A stretch of 64,000 nt of DNA from Acidimicrobiales bacterium (GTDB lineage: Bacteria > Actinomycetota > Acidimicrobiia > Acidimicrobiales > JAHEJN01), in contig JAHEJN010000001.1 in assembly GCA_024638845.1 (NCBI GenBank), positions 84,344 through 148,343 of the forward strand, written 5' to 3'. Both the position numbers and the translations under genes were made by a program. The first letter of the stretch is position 1. Each line of letters starts with the position of its first letter. A model generated the notes under the pieces. The model did not search any database. It worked only from the letters and a program-made list of their open reading frames with translations, and was not told the DNA's origin. Shown here in pieces: positions 31,405 to 39,854 of this stretch.

Positions 31405-32025
31405 ATGCCGTGGTACGAGATCGTGCGACGCACTCCCCAGGTGATCTTCGGCCTGATGCTCTTCGGGGTGGGTGTGGCCATGATGAAGGCGGGCAGTCTC
31501 GGGTTCGGCGCCTGGAACGTGTTCCACGAGGGGGTGGCGGAACGTACGCCGCTGTCACTCGGTGCGGTGATCGTGCTGACCGGGCTGTGCATCGTGACGC
31601 TGTTCGTACCCCTCGGTGAGAGGATCGGTCCGGGGACACTGCTCAATGCGTTGGTCATCGGCACGACCGTCGACCTGGTGCTGCGGGTGCTCGACGAGCC
31701 ATCGGCCATGGGTTGGCGCATCGCGCTCATGGTCGCGGGTCCGGTGATCATCGGCCTCGGTTCGGGTCTCTACATCGGTGGCGGGCTCGGCCCCGGTCCC
31801 CGCGACGGCTTGATGACCGGGCTCCATGGGCGCGGCTTCGCCATCTGGAAGGCTCGGACCGGAATCGAGATCACCGCGCTGACCGTCGGCCTCGTGCTCG
31901 GCGGCACGATCGGCATCGGCACCGTGTGGTTCACCCTGGGTATCGGCCCGCTCGTGCAGTTCTTCCTCCCCCGTTTTCGGCGTCCACCGCCGGTCCTCGG
32001 ACCGCCGTTGTTGTCGCGCAGCTGA
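31405..32025 (+). CDS. YczE/YitT-like integral membrane protein
   Basis: It begins MPWYEIVRRTPQVIFGLMLFGVGVAMMKAGSLGFGAWNVFHEG and has 5-6 hydrophobic helices. I chose the start at ATG 31405. The track ORF from 31219 overlaps the panB end. Confidence 0.55.
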   Translation: MPWYEIVRRTPQVIFGLMLFGVGVAMMKAGSLGFGAWNVFHEGVAERTPLSLGAVIVLTGLCIVTLFVPLGERIGPGTLLNALVIGTTVDLVLRVLDEPSAMGWRIALMVAGPVIIGLGSGLYIGGGLGPGPRDGLMTGLHGRGFAIWKARTGIEITALTVGLVLGGTIGIGTVWFTLGIGPLVQFFLPRFRRPPPVLGPPLLSRS

Positions 32026-32050
32026 TCACCGCCTCGGATAGGTTGGTCGC

Positions 32051-32518
32051 ATGGAACCGGAGACGTGGGGCTTGATCTGGCTCGTCGCCGCCGCTGTGCT
32101 TCTCGGTGGTGAGCTGATTCTTCCCGGGTTCATCCTGCTGCCCTTCGGCGTCAGCGCAGCATTGGCCGCCGTCCTCGGATTCATGGGGGTTTCCCCGGCC
32201 ATCGGTTGGCTGGTGTTCATCTTCGGCGGGTTGATCGGTTTCGGGATCCTCTGGAAGTACGCCCGCGAGTCCCTGGAGGGCATTCCCATGCCCATGGGTG
32301 TCGGTGCCGACCGTCTGGTCGGCATGCGCGGAACCATGGTCGGGGAGATCGCGGGTGGTGCCACGGGCCGCGGCATGGTGCGGCTCGGTTCCGAGGAATG
32401 GCGGGCCGAGTCGGTCGACAGTCGTCCGATCGCCAACGGAGTCGAAGTCGAAGTCATCGAGGTGAAGGGAACGGTGGTCAAGGTGCGAACCGCCAACTCC
32501 TTCCAAGGAGAATTCTGA
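32051..32518 (+). CDS. NfeD family membrane protein (OB-fold C-terminus)
   Basis: 155 aa with two N-terminal TM helices and C-terminal [16 protein letters not shown]...[13 protein letters not shown]. It sits 1 nt upstream of the SPFH gene. Confidence 0.8.
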   Translation: MEPETWGLIWLVAAAVLLGGELILPGFILLPFGVSAALAAVLGFMGVSPAIGWLVFIFGGLIGFGILWKYARESLEGIPMPMGVGADRLVGMRGTMVGEIAGGATGRGMVRLGSEEWRAESVDSRPIANGVEVEVIEVKGTVVKVRTANSFQGEF

Positions 32519-32519
32519 A

Positions 32520-33500
32520 ATGGTCGGTCTCATCGTTCTCGGCATCATCGGTTTCGGCCTCATCGTCTTCCTCGCGGCGGCGGTCAAGATCGTGCGCCCC
32601 TACCAGCGGGGCATCGTCGAGCGTCTCGGCAAGTACAAGGCCACCATGGAGCCGGGTCTGCACATCCTGGTGCCGTTCATCGACAAGATGAGGCTGGTCG
32701 ACATGCGCGAGCAGGTCGTCGATGTTCCACCCCAGGAAGTGATCACCGCCGACAACGTGGTGGTCTCGGTCGACGCAGTGGTGTTCTACGAGCCCACCGA
32801 CCCCCAGCGGCTCGTGTACAACATCGCCAACTTCGTGTTGGCCATCACCAAGCTGGCCCAGACCAACCTGCGTAACCTCGTCGGTGATCTCCAGCTCGAC
32901 GCTGCGCTGACCTCCCGCGACACCATCAATACCGCGCTGCGCAACATCCTCGACGACGCCACCGACAAGTGGGGCGTGCGAGTGGTTCGAGTCGAGATCC
33001 AACGCATCGATCCGCCCGTCGACGTGATGAACGCGATGCACGAGCAGATGAAGGCCGAGCGCACCCGTCGGGCCACTGTCACCGAGGCGCAGGGCTTCCG
33101 CGAGGCCGAGATCACCCGGGCCGAGGGCGACAAGCAGTCGCGGATCCTCGAGGCCGAGGGTGTGCGCGAATCGGCCATCCTCGAGGCCGAGGGCGAGGCG
33201 CAGGCGGTGCGGACCCGGGCCGAGGCCGAGCGTTTCCGCCTCGAGCAGGTAGCCGCCGGTACCGGCGAGGCAACCCGTCTCGAGTTCCTCGGTATCCACG
33301 CCGGCGCCCCCGATTCGGAGCTGCTTGCAGTGAAGTATCTCGAAGCACTGGCCCGACTGGGCGACGGACGGGCCACCAAGCTGATCGTGCCGGCCGACTA
33401 CGCCGGCGTGCTCGGCGCAGTATTGGGTGTGGCCGAGGCCATGCGCGACAACATCGACGGCGACGACCTCACCACCCTGCCCCCGCCCCCCGCCGACTAG
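32520..33500 (+). CDS. SPFH/Band 7 (stomatin/QmcA-like) protein
   Basis: 326 aa with an N-terminal [17 protein letters not shown], and a coiled-coil EA/RA-rich region. Confidence 0.9.
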   Translation: MVGLIVLGIIGFGLIVFLAAAVKIVRPYQRGIVERLGKYKATMEPGLHILVPFIDKMRLVDMREQVVDVPPQEVITADNVVVSVDAVVFYEPTDPQRLVYNIANFVLAITKLAQTNLRNLVGDLQLDAALTSRDTINTALRNILDDATDKWGVRVVRVEIQRIDPPVDVMNAMHEQMKAERTRRATVTEAQGFREAEITRAEGDKQSRILEAEGVRESAILEAEGEAQAVRTRAEAERFRLEQVAAGTGEATRLEFLGIHAGAPDSELLAVKYLEALARLGDGRATKLIVPADYAGVLGAVLGVAEAMRDNIDGDDLTTLPPPPAD

Positions 33501-33606
33501 ATGTGATGACCGGGAACGATGTCCCTGGCGGGATGGGATTGTTGGTCCGCTGAAAAGGTGAGCCCTCCTCGCTGCCCCGAATCCCAACGCTCAGTGGCGG
33601 ATACCG

Positions 33607-34272
33607 CTATCGAACGTGGGGGTTTCGGATTGGCGAGTCGGATCGGTGGATGCTGACGGCGTAGTCGGCCGCGTCGTCGGCCGACACGGCGGCGAGTGGC
33701 TCGCCGTCCCAGGTGGCCCAACGGTGGATGAGCTCGAGGCCGAGGTCGGCGCAGAACGCGTCGTACTCGGCCAGACCGATGCCCGCCACCGGGCTGCCGG
33801 CGAGGGAGAAGCCCGCGACCAACCGTCCGCCCGGCGCCACGTGTCGGGCCATGTTGGCGATCACCGTCGATTCGGTGCCCTCGGGCACGAACAGCATCAC
33901 GTTACCGGCCAGGAGAACGAGGTCGAAGGTCCGACCGAGGTCGACGATGCCGATGTCGGCGAGCTCCCAGTGAAGGTCGGGTCGTCGGGACCGGGCGACC
34001 GCGAGCATGTCGGGGTCGACATCGACCCCGACGACATCGAACCCCTGGCGATCGAGCTCGACTGCGACGCGACCCATGCCACACCCCGCGTCGAGCACCG
34101 ATCCCCCCATGTGCAGCAGTCGTGCCACCGCATCCGCCTCACCGTGGGCGTGCTCGCCCGTCGCTTGCATCTCGGCGAACCGATTGGCGTAGGACTCGAG
34201 CTCGACGTCGCGGCGCCACTGTGCCCAGCGGCGGTTCACCCTCGGGTCGGTGTGATCGCTCGTCGAGGCCAC
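33607..34272 (-). CDS. Class I SAM-dependent methyltransferase
   Basis: 221 aa with motif I VLDAGCGMGR and post-I DVVGVDVDPDML. Confidence 0.8.
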   Translation of the reverse strand: MASTSDHTDPRVNRRWAQWRRDVELESYANRFAEMQATGEHAHGEADAVARLLHMGGSVLDAGCGMGRVAVELDRQGFDVVGVDVDPDMLAVARSRRPDLHWELADIGIVDLGRTFDLVLLAGNVMLFVPEGTESTVIANMARHVAPGGRLVAGFSLAGSPVAGIGLAEYDAFCADLGLELIHRWATWDGEPLAAVSADDAADYAVSIHRSDSPIRNPHVR

Positions 34273-34607
34273 GCCGGTGAACCTACTCGTAGAAACTCTC
34301 GGCCTTCATGTATCAGCGCCCGGGGCAACCGCTCATGTGTTCATGCTGCGGCGATGGACTCCCGGATTCTCGACCTCGGTCGAGCCGCGACGTTCATGGC
34401 GGGTCGCCTCAGATGTCACCAGTGAACCGATTCGACGGGCACGGCTCACCCGAGCCGCCGGATCGGTTCACGGTGGGAACGCTGTGGGTCGGTCAGGCGG
34501 GGCCGACCCACAGCAAGCATGCGCACGGTTGTCGCTGGGGCGGCGAGAACCGCGGCGCTGAGCGAGCGTCGATCGACACACCCCCTCCGTCGATCGGCGC
34601 GACGAGT

Positions 34608-34649
34608 ACGAAGGTGTCCTGCCCGGGCGGACCGGCAGGGCACCTTCGT
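34608..34649 (-). terminator. Long hairpin 7 nt downstream of the S8 peptidase stop (candidate terminator, no U-tract)
   Basis: The arms are acgaaggtgtcctgcc (34608-34623) and ggcagggcaccttcgt (34634-34649). The stem is 16 bp with one mismatch and a 10-nt loop. Confidence 0.45.
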
Positions 34650-34655
34650 CGCGTC

Positions 34656-36005
34656 TCAGAAGCCCTGGTTGACGATGACGCCGTAGTCGGGGAGCCGGAA
34701 CAGCCCCGGTCGACCCAACACGAGCGCGACCGCCTCGAGCGCGGTGCAGTTCCGCAGCTGGATCTGGCGAGCGATCGCCGCCACGACTCGCGGCGCCGCG
34801 AACGACGTGCCGCTCCACATGGCCCATCCCTCGAAGTCGTCGGGATCGGGGAGATCGGTGCCGGGCGGGGGGTCGAATCCACCGTTCCACTTGTCGAAGA
34901 AGATGCTGACGACGTCTTCCCCCGGAGCCGACGCGTCGACCCAGGATCCGTGATTCGAGAACCACGACGGTCCGCACGGGCCTACCGACCCGACCCCGAT
35001 GACCTCGTTCATCGCGGCAGGAAAGGTCGGGCGGCAGGTGGCGTCGTTGCCGGCCGAGGCGACGACGACGACGTCGCCCCGAACCAGCCGTCGAATGCGC
35101 CGGGCCAGGATGGGCGGAGGTGTGTCGCTCTCGTAGTAGCCACTGAAGGAGAGGTTGAGTACCGCCTGGGCGCACACACCCGCGGCGGCCCAGTCGGTGC
35201 GAATCGTGTCGAGGGCATCGGCGATGTCGCTCTCGTAGCCGACTCCGTCGTTGCGGATCGGGCCGAGCCCGCGCAGCGAGGTCTTCGGAGCACCGGCCAG
35301 GACAACGCCCTGGATGAAGCCGTTGTGGCCGGCTGCGGGGTCGAGAACCAGGTTGTCGTCGGGGTCGGGGAGCTCGATCAGGTCGCCGCTCGGCAGCTTC
35401 CACAGTCCGGTGCCGCTCTCGCCCGGCGGTACTTCGAGGTAGCCGGTGTCGATCACTCCCACCTGGGGCTTGCCTACTCCTGCGGCGAGCTTGTGGGCGA
35501 AGGGCAGCTTCGGTGGAGCGTAGGGCCGGGCGGTGCTGCGACGGCTGAACGACATCGGGTCGGTCACGATCGTGCCGCTGAAGCTCATGGGAGCCGAGTA
35601 GTACAGCCCGCTGAACGACATCGGGTTCGCCAGGATGGCGCCGCTGAACGACATCGGCGTGGCCGTCAGCGAGTCGACCATGTAGGCGATGTCGGGCGTG
35701 GCCACGTGGCCGGCGCTGCGCAGCGCTTCGACGAGCCGGGGGATGTCCTGCGGTGTGTCGAACTCGAGGATCACGAAGTCGCTACGGAGAGCGATGTCGA
35801 CGCGACCCGCTGTGAGCTCGTCGAGGAGCGCCTGGGTTTGCTCCCCGATCTTCCGCAGTTCGGGAAGGGTCACCTCTTCGTCGGCCAGAACGAGGAGGCG
35901 ACGCGGGTGATAGGCGTAGGGGCCGCTGGGTCCTTCACCGATGGCGACGTCGGTGAGCGGGTCGGGGCCGGGAAACTCGGTCGGCTTGTCGTCGTTGTCC
36001 GCCAC
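34656..36005 (-). CDS. S8 (subtilisin-family) serine peptidase, no signal peptide, with a PMSFSG repeat linker
   Basis: 449 aa with a GTG start preceded by AAGAGG. The catalytic D is in VGVIDTGY (D186), H in AAGHNGF (H227), the oxyanion N in ASAGND and S in SGTSFAAP. The acidic N-terminus MADNDDKPTEF has no signal-like segment. Confidence 0.85.
   Translation of the reverse strand: MADNDDKPTEFPGPDPLTDVAIGEGPSGPYAYHPRRLLVLADEEVTLPELRKIGEQTQALLDELTAGRVDIALRSDFVILEFDTPQDIPRLVEALRSAGHVATPDIAYMVDSLTATPMSFSGAILANPMSFSGLYYSAPMSFSGTIVTDPMSFSRRSTARPYAPPKLPFAHKLAAGVGKPQVGVIDTGYLEVPPGESGTGLWKLPSGDLIELPDPDDNLVLDPAAGHNGFIQGVVLAGAPKTSLRGLGPIRNDGVGYESDIADALDTIRTDWAAAGVCAQAVLNLSFSGYYESDTPPPILARRIRRLVRGDVVVVASAGNDATCRPTFPAAMNEVIGVGSVGPCGPSWFSNHGSWVDASAPGEDVVSIFFDKWNGGFDPPPGTDLPDPDDFEGWAMWSGTSFAAPRVVAAIARQIQLRNCTALEAVALVLGRPGLFRLPDYGVIVNQGF
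35541..35657 (-). repeat. Four in-frame tandem 33-nt (11-codon) repeats encoding PMSFSG-x5
   Basis: Residues 117-155 read PMSFSGAILAN/PMSFSGLYYSA/PMSFSGTIVTD/PMSFSR. The plus-strand core gctgaacgacatcgg occurs at 35544-35558, 35610-35624 and 35643-35657. The copy at 35574-35591 encodes the same peptide with different codons. Confidence 0.9.
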
Positions 36006-36087
36006 AGGGACCTCTTTTCGTCGTGGGCTCGCAGACTCGGGACCGATCGTCGAGCCTGCCGATGACTACGACCGTATTCTGTGACCG

Positions 36088-38766
36088 ATGAGCGTGCCCG
36101 TAGTCGATGTACAACTCGAACGAGCCCGCCACGCAGCCAGCCTCCGGCAGGCCGATCCGAGCGAGGCGCTGGCGCTGGCCGAAGCCGTTCTCGCCGATGA
36201 CGCGAGCTCCGCGTCGGCCACGGTGGTGGCCCTCGTCGCCAAGGGAATGGCGATTCGTGAGCTCGGAGACCTGGACGGATCGCGTCGGCTCCACGAGGAG
36301 GCGATCGACCGGGGTGACCGACTCGGCCTGGGCCACGAGGTTGCGCTCGCCCGGAGCTCGCTGGCCGGCGTGTTGAGCGATCTCGGCGAACCCGAGCTGG
36401 CCCTGGCCGAGGCCGAACGGGTCAAGGGCGTGGTCACCGGAACCGACCTCGCCGAGCTGGAGGTACGACGGGCGCGCGCCTTCGAGCGAATGGGCCGGAT
36501 CAGCGAGTCGATCGACGCCTATACCCGGGCGATCGACGTGATCGACGAATCGGGCGACGACATCCTCCGCGCCCGCGTGCGATGCAATCGGGGGATCACA
36601 TTGGCCTACGGTGGTCGGGTCGAGGCGGCCACCCTCGACTTCGCGGTCGCCGAGGAGCTTGCGGTGGCCCAGGGTCACGATCTGCTCGCTGGGGGAGCGG
36701 CGCACAACCTCGGTTTCGTGCTGGGTCGCAGCGGCGAGATCGTGGCCGCCCTCGATGCCTTCGAGCGGGCTCGCGACCGCTACGAGAGGATCGACTTCCC
36801 CGGCCGGGCGCGCGGCGTCTTCGAGGCCGATCGTTGCGCCGTTCTTCTGGCGGCCGGGCTCACACGCGAAGCGAAAGGGTCGGCGGCGGCCGGCGTGCAG
36901 GCGCTCGAATCGGTCGCCGACGTCGTCGATCTCGCCGAGGCCCGCTTGTTGCTCGGACGAGCGTGTCTCGCCGCCGGTGACGCATCCGCCGCCGTGACCC
37001 ACTGCGCCCAGGCGGCCGAAGAGTTCGGCGCGGCTGGTCGACCCGGATGGTTGGCCATGGCCCGCTACACGACGCTTCGAGCGCGGGCGGCATCGGGTGC
37101 GGTCGAGGGTTGGGACAGTGAGGCGAGCGAAGTGATCGACGCACTCGAGGAGCACGGCTGGTCGACCGAGGCCGACGACGTGCGCATCTTCGTCGCCGAG
37201 CTCGCCCTCCGACACGAAGACACTCACCGGGCTCGCCGTGAGCTCCAACGGGCCTCCCAGGCCCGACGATCGGGGCGAGTCGACCGTCGGGCGCAGGCGT
37301 GGTTGGCGACCGCCATCCTCCGACGCTCCGACGGCGATCGCCGCGGTGCGTTGGCAGCGCTCCGCGCCGGCCTCCGCATCATCGACGAGCACCGAGCGGT
37401 CCTCGGCGCCACCGAGCTCCGAGTCGGTGCGTCGAGCCACGCGGTGTCGCTGGCCGCGCTCGGACAGCACCTGGCGCTCGAGTCGGGCCGCCCGGGCACG
37501 GTGCTGCGATGGGCCGATCGTCTGCGGGCGTCGACGCTCACGTTGGTGCCCACTCGACCGCCCGAAGACGAGGCCCTGGCCGGCGAGCTCGTCGCCCTGC
37601 GCTCGGCTCGGGCCGATCTCGAGGCGGCGCGCCTCGCCGGCAATGACGATCGCAACGCCCGGCGAGAGGTCGGTCGTCTCGAATCGGCGATACGCGACCG
37701 GGCTCGCCGCGTCGGCGCACGAGACGACGCCGTGCGACATGAGCTGAGGGTCAGCGACATCGTCGAGCGGCTCGGCCCCGCCCACTTCGTCGAGTACCTC
37801 GAAGACGAGGGGAACCTCCACGCCGTGACCGTCACACGGGGGCGCGCCTCGTTGCACCATCTCGGCCGCGCGTCGCAGCTCGATGCGCCCCTCGACGGTG
37901 CACGATTCGCCATGCAGCGCCTGGCGACGAGGCGGGGGAGCGCCGCCGCGCGAGCCGCGGCGCTGGCGTCCCTCGTCGTCTCGTTGGACGACCTCGGGCG
38001 CATTCTGATCGACGATCTCGTGCCCCAGGGAACGGGAGGTGTGGTGATCGTTCCCACCGGTGCGCTCCATCTGATGCCGTGGGCCGGGTTTCCCCGGCTC
38101 CGCGCACGCCCGCTCACGGTGAGCCCGAGCGCGTCGATCGGCCTGGACGGCGGGCGCGTTCGGTCCGACCGTCGCCGGCCGACCGGGGTGGCGTTGATCT
38201 CGGGACCCGACCTTCCCGGCGGCCGCACCGAGGTTCGGCGACTCCGCCGGGCCCATGGTGACTCGACCATCCTCACCGGCCGAAACGCCACGGTGAGTGC
38301 CACCCTCGATGCACTCGGTTCGGCCCGGGTGGCCCACATTGCCGCCCATGGCGAGTTCCGCTCCGACAGCCCGATGTTCTCGTCGCTGCACCTGTACGAC
38401 GGGGCGCTCACGGTGTACGACCTCGAAGGGCTCCGATCGGTGCCCGAGACCGTCGTGTTGCCGGCATGTGACGCCGGTGTGGCCGATGTGTGGGCGGGCG
38501 ACGAGCTCCTCGGTACCGCGAGCGCCCTGCTCGGGCTCGGGGTGGCCAATGTCGTCGCCCCTGTCGCCGCACTACCCGATGAACAGACCGCTCCCGTGAT
38601 GCTTCGGTTCCATCGACACCTGTCCTCCGGGTTCGACCCGGCATCCGCCCTGGCCAGAGCGGCTGCTCGGTGCTGGACCAGCAGCGACCCGGCCGACGCC
38701 GCGGTGGCGACCGCCATGACCTGTTTCGGCGTGTATCGCGGCGCCGATGTATCACGACCGACCTGA
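36088..38766 (+). CDS. TPR-repeat + CHAT-domain (caspase-like Cys/His) protease
   Basis: 892 aa. The N-terminal roughly 450 aa are Ala/Leu-rich helical repeats of TPR type. The C-terminal CHAT core is VVIVPTGALHLMPW..., HIAAHGEF (His754, codon 38347-38349), SPMFSSLHL and VVLPACDAG (Cys794, codon 38467-38469). I saw no P-loop, signal peptide or TM. Confidence 0.85.
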   Translation: MSVPVVDVQLERARHAASLRQADPSEALALAEAVLADDASSASATVVALVAKGMAIRELGDLDGSRRLHEEAIDRGDRLGLGHEVALARSSLAGVLSDLGEPELALAEAERVKGVVTGTDLAELEVRRARAFERMGRISESIDAYTRAIDVIDESGDDILRARVRCNRGITLAYGGRVEAATLDFAVAEELAVAQGHDLLAGGAAHNLGFVLGRSGEIVAALDAFERARDRYERIDFPGRARGVFEADRCAVLLAAGLTREAKGSAAAGVQALESVADVVDLAEARLLLGRACLAAGDASAAVTHCAQAAEEFGAAGRPGWLAMARYTTLRARAASGAVEGWDSEASEVIDALEEHGWSTEADDVRIFVAELALRHEDTHRARRELQRASQARRSGRVDRRAQAWLATAILRRSDGDRRGALAALRAGLRIIDEHRAVLGATELRVGASSHAVSLAALGQHLALESGRPGTVLRWADRLRASTLTLVPTRPPEDEALAGELVALRSARADLEAARLAGNDDRNARREVGRLESAIRDRARRVGARDDAVRHELRVSDIVERLGPAHFVEYLEDEGNLHAVTVTRGRASLHHLGRASQLDAPLDGARFAMQRLATRRGSAAARAAALASLVVSLDDLGRILIDDLVPQGTGGVVIVPTGALHLMPWAGFPRLRARPLTVSPSASIGLDGGRVRSDRRRPTGVALISGPDLPGGRTEVRRLRRAHGDSTILTGRNATVSATLDALGSARVAHIAAHGEFRSDSPMFSSLHLYDGALTVYDLEGLRSVPETVVLPACDAGVADVWAGDELLGTASALLGLGVANVVAPVAALPDEQTAPVMLRFHRHLSSGFDPASALARAAARCWTSSDPADAAVATAMTCFGVYRGADVSRPT

Positions 38767-38781
38767 GGCGCTCATGTACAC

Positions 38782-39384
38782 ATGCAACGCGCCCCTGCCA
38801 CCCGCCTCCTACAGTGCCCACCTGTGAACCGAAGTTCCGATTCGAACGCCGAGCTGTTGCGGGCGGTGATCGATGGCAACGCCTCGGCCTGGAACGAGCT
38901 GGTCGAGCGCTACGGCCGGCTCGTGTGGTCGATCACCCGTTCGTTCCGGCTCGACGAGGCCGCTGCCGCCGACGTCTCCCAGACCGTCTGGCTCCGCCTC
39001 ACCGAGAACTGCACCAAGATCACCGACCCGACGAAGCTGGCTTCATGGCTGGCCACGACCACCCGCAACGAGTCCCTGCGAGTGGTGCGCCAACGGCAGC
39101 GAACCCGGCCGTCCGAGCTCATCGACGAGGGACCCGACCCTCTGGCCCGCCCGGTCGGCGATCGTCTGCTCGACGACGAGACCATCGGCGAGGCCATCGA
39201 CGCCTTCGTGATGCTGAGCGACGAGTGTCGCCAGCTCCTGCGTCTGGTCTGTGCGGTGCCTGCGATCGACTACGCCACCATCTCGGAGATCACGGGGCGG
39301 CCGATCGGCAGCATCGGCCCCACGCGGAGTCGCTGCCTCGATCGACTGCGCCTCAACATGGCCGAAGCGGGGGGAGAGAACTGA
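38782..39384 (+). CDS. ECF-type sigma-70 family RNA polymerase sigma factor
   Basis: Region 2 is WNELVERYGRLVWSITRSFRLDEAAAADVSQTVWLRL and region 4 is LSDECRQLLRLVCAVPAIDYATISEITGRPIGSIGPTRSRCLDRLR. GTG 38824 is an alternative start. The gene lies 15 nt after the CHAT stop. Confidence 0.85.
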   Translation: MQRAPATRLLQCPPVNRSSDSNAELLRAVIDGNASAWNELVERYGRLVWSITRSFRLDEAAAADVSQTVWLRLTENCTKITDPTKLASWLATTTRNESLRVVRQRQRTRPSELIDEGPDPLARPVGDRLLDDETIGEAIDAFVMLSDECRQLLRLVCAVPAIDYATISEITGRPIGSIGPTRSRCLDRLRLNMAEAGGEN

Positions 39385-39842
39385 TGACCGACGAATCACC
39401 GCTCACCGACGACGAGCTGCTCGTCCTGTTGGCCCAGGCGATCGCCACGACCGACCCGATCCCCGGACACGTCCTCGACGCAGCCAAGGGCTCGTACGCT
39501 TGGTTCGGCATCGACGACGAGCTCGCGGCGCTCACCTTCGACTCGGTCAGCGAGGATCTGGTCGGCGCCCGGTCGGCCACCACCTCCGACCGCCAGCTCA
39601 CCTTCACCAGTCCTGGTGTCGAGGTCGAACTGGCGATCATGGGCGACGGCGAACGCCGCCTGGTCGGCCAGTTCACCCCACCGGCCGAGGCAACGATCGT
39701 GCTCGAGACCACCGATGCCACCCGCGAGACGACCGCCGATCATCTCGGTCGTTTCAGCTTCGCCGACGTGGCCGGCGGCCTGCTCCGCCTCACCATCGTG
39801 TCGGGGGCCACCCGCGTGAAGACCGAGTGGATCATCGTCTGA
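39384..39842 (+). CDS. Hypothetical soluble 152-aa protein, translationally coupled to the sigma factor (candidate anti-sigma or partner)
   Basis: Its ATG overlaps the sigma stop (cTGATGa). It has an acidic N-terminus MTDESPLTDDELLVLL and a beta-rich C-terminus GRFSFADVAGGLLRLTIVSGATRVKTEWIIV. It has no TM helix and no zf-HC2 motif. It is read from the C-terminal part of track ORF 38670..39842. Confidence 0.6.
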   Translation: MTDESPLTDDELLVLLAQAIATTDPIPGHVLDAAKGSYAWFGIDDELAALTFDSVSEDLVGARSATTSDRQLTFTSPGVEVELAIMGDGERRLVGQFTPPAEATIVLETTDATRETTADHLGRFSFADVAGGLLRLTIVSGATRVKTEWIIV

Positions 39843-39854
39843 GCGCCGGCTCGG

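Noticed and set aside
34308-36065. 585-aa ORF on the plus strand opposite the S8 peptidase
   Set aside because: It is antisense to a gene with a complete D/H/N/S subtilase motif set. It has shadow-ORF composition and no start-site support.
35935-38391. 818-aa ORF on the minus strand spanning most of the CHAT gene
   Set aside because: It is antisense to a CDS with clear CHAT/TPR motifs. Its translation is Arg/Gly/Ala/Pro-rich with no recognisable motif. Such long shadow ORFs are expected at this GC content.
39384-39842. Recurrence of [ST]-F-x-S-like strings (LTFDS, LTFTS, RFSFA) in the 152-aa protein as matches to the PMSFSG repeat
   Set aside because: The motifs are too short and degenerate to distinguish from chance by eye. 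I note them only as something a cleavage-site experiment could test.
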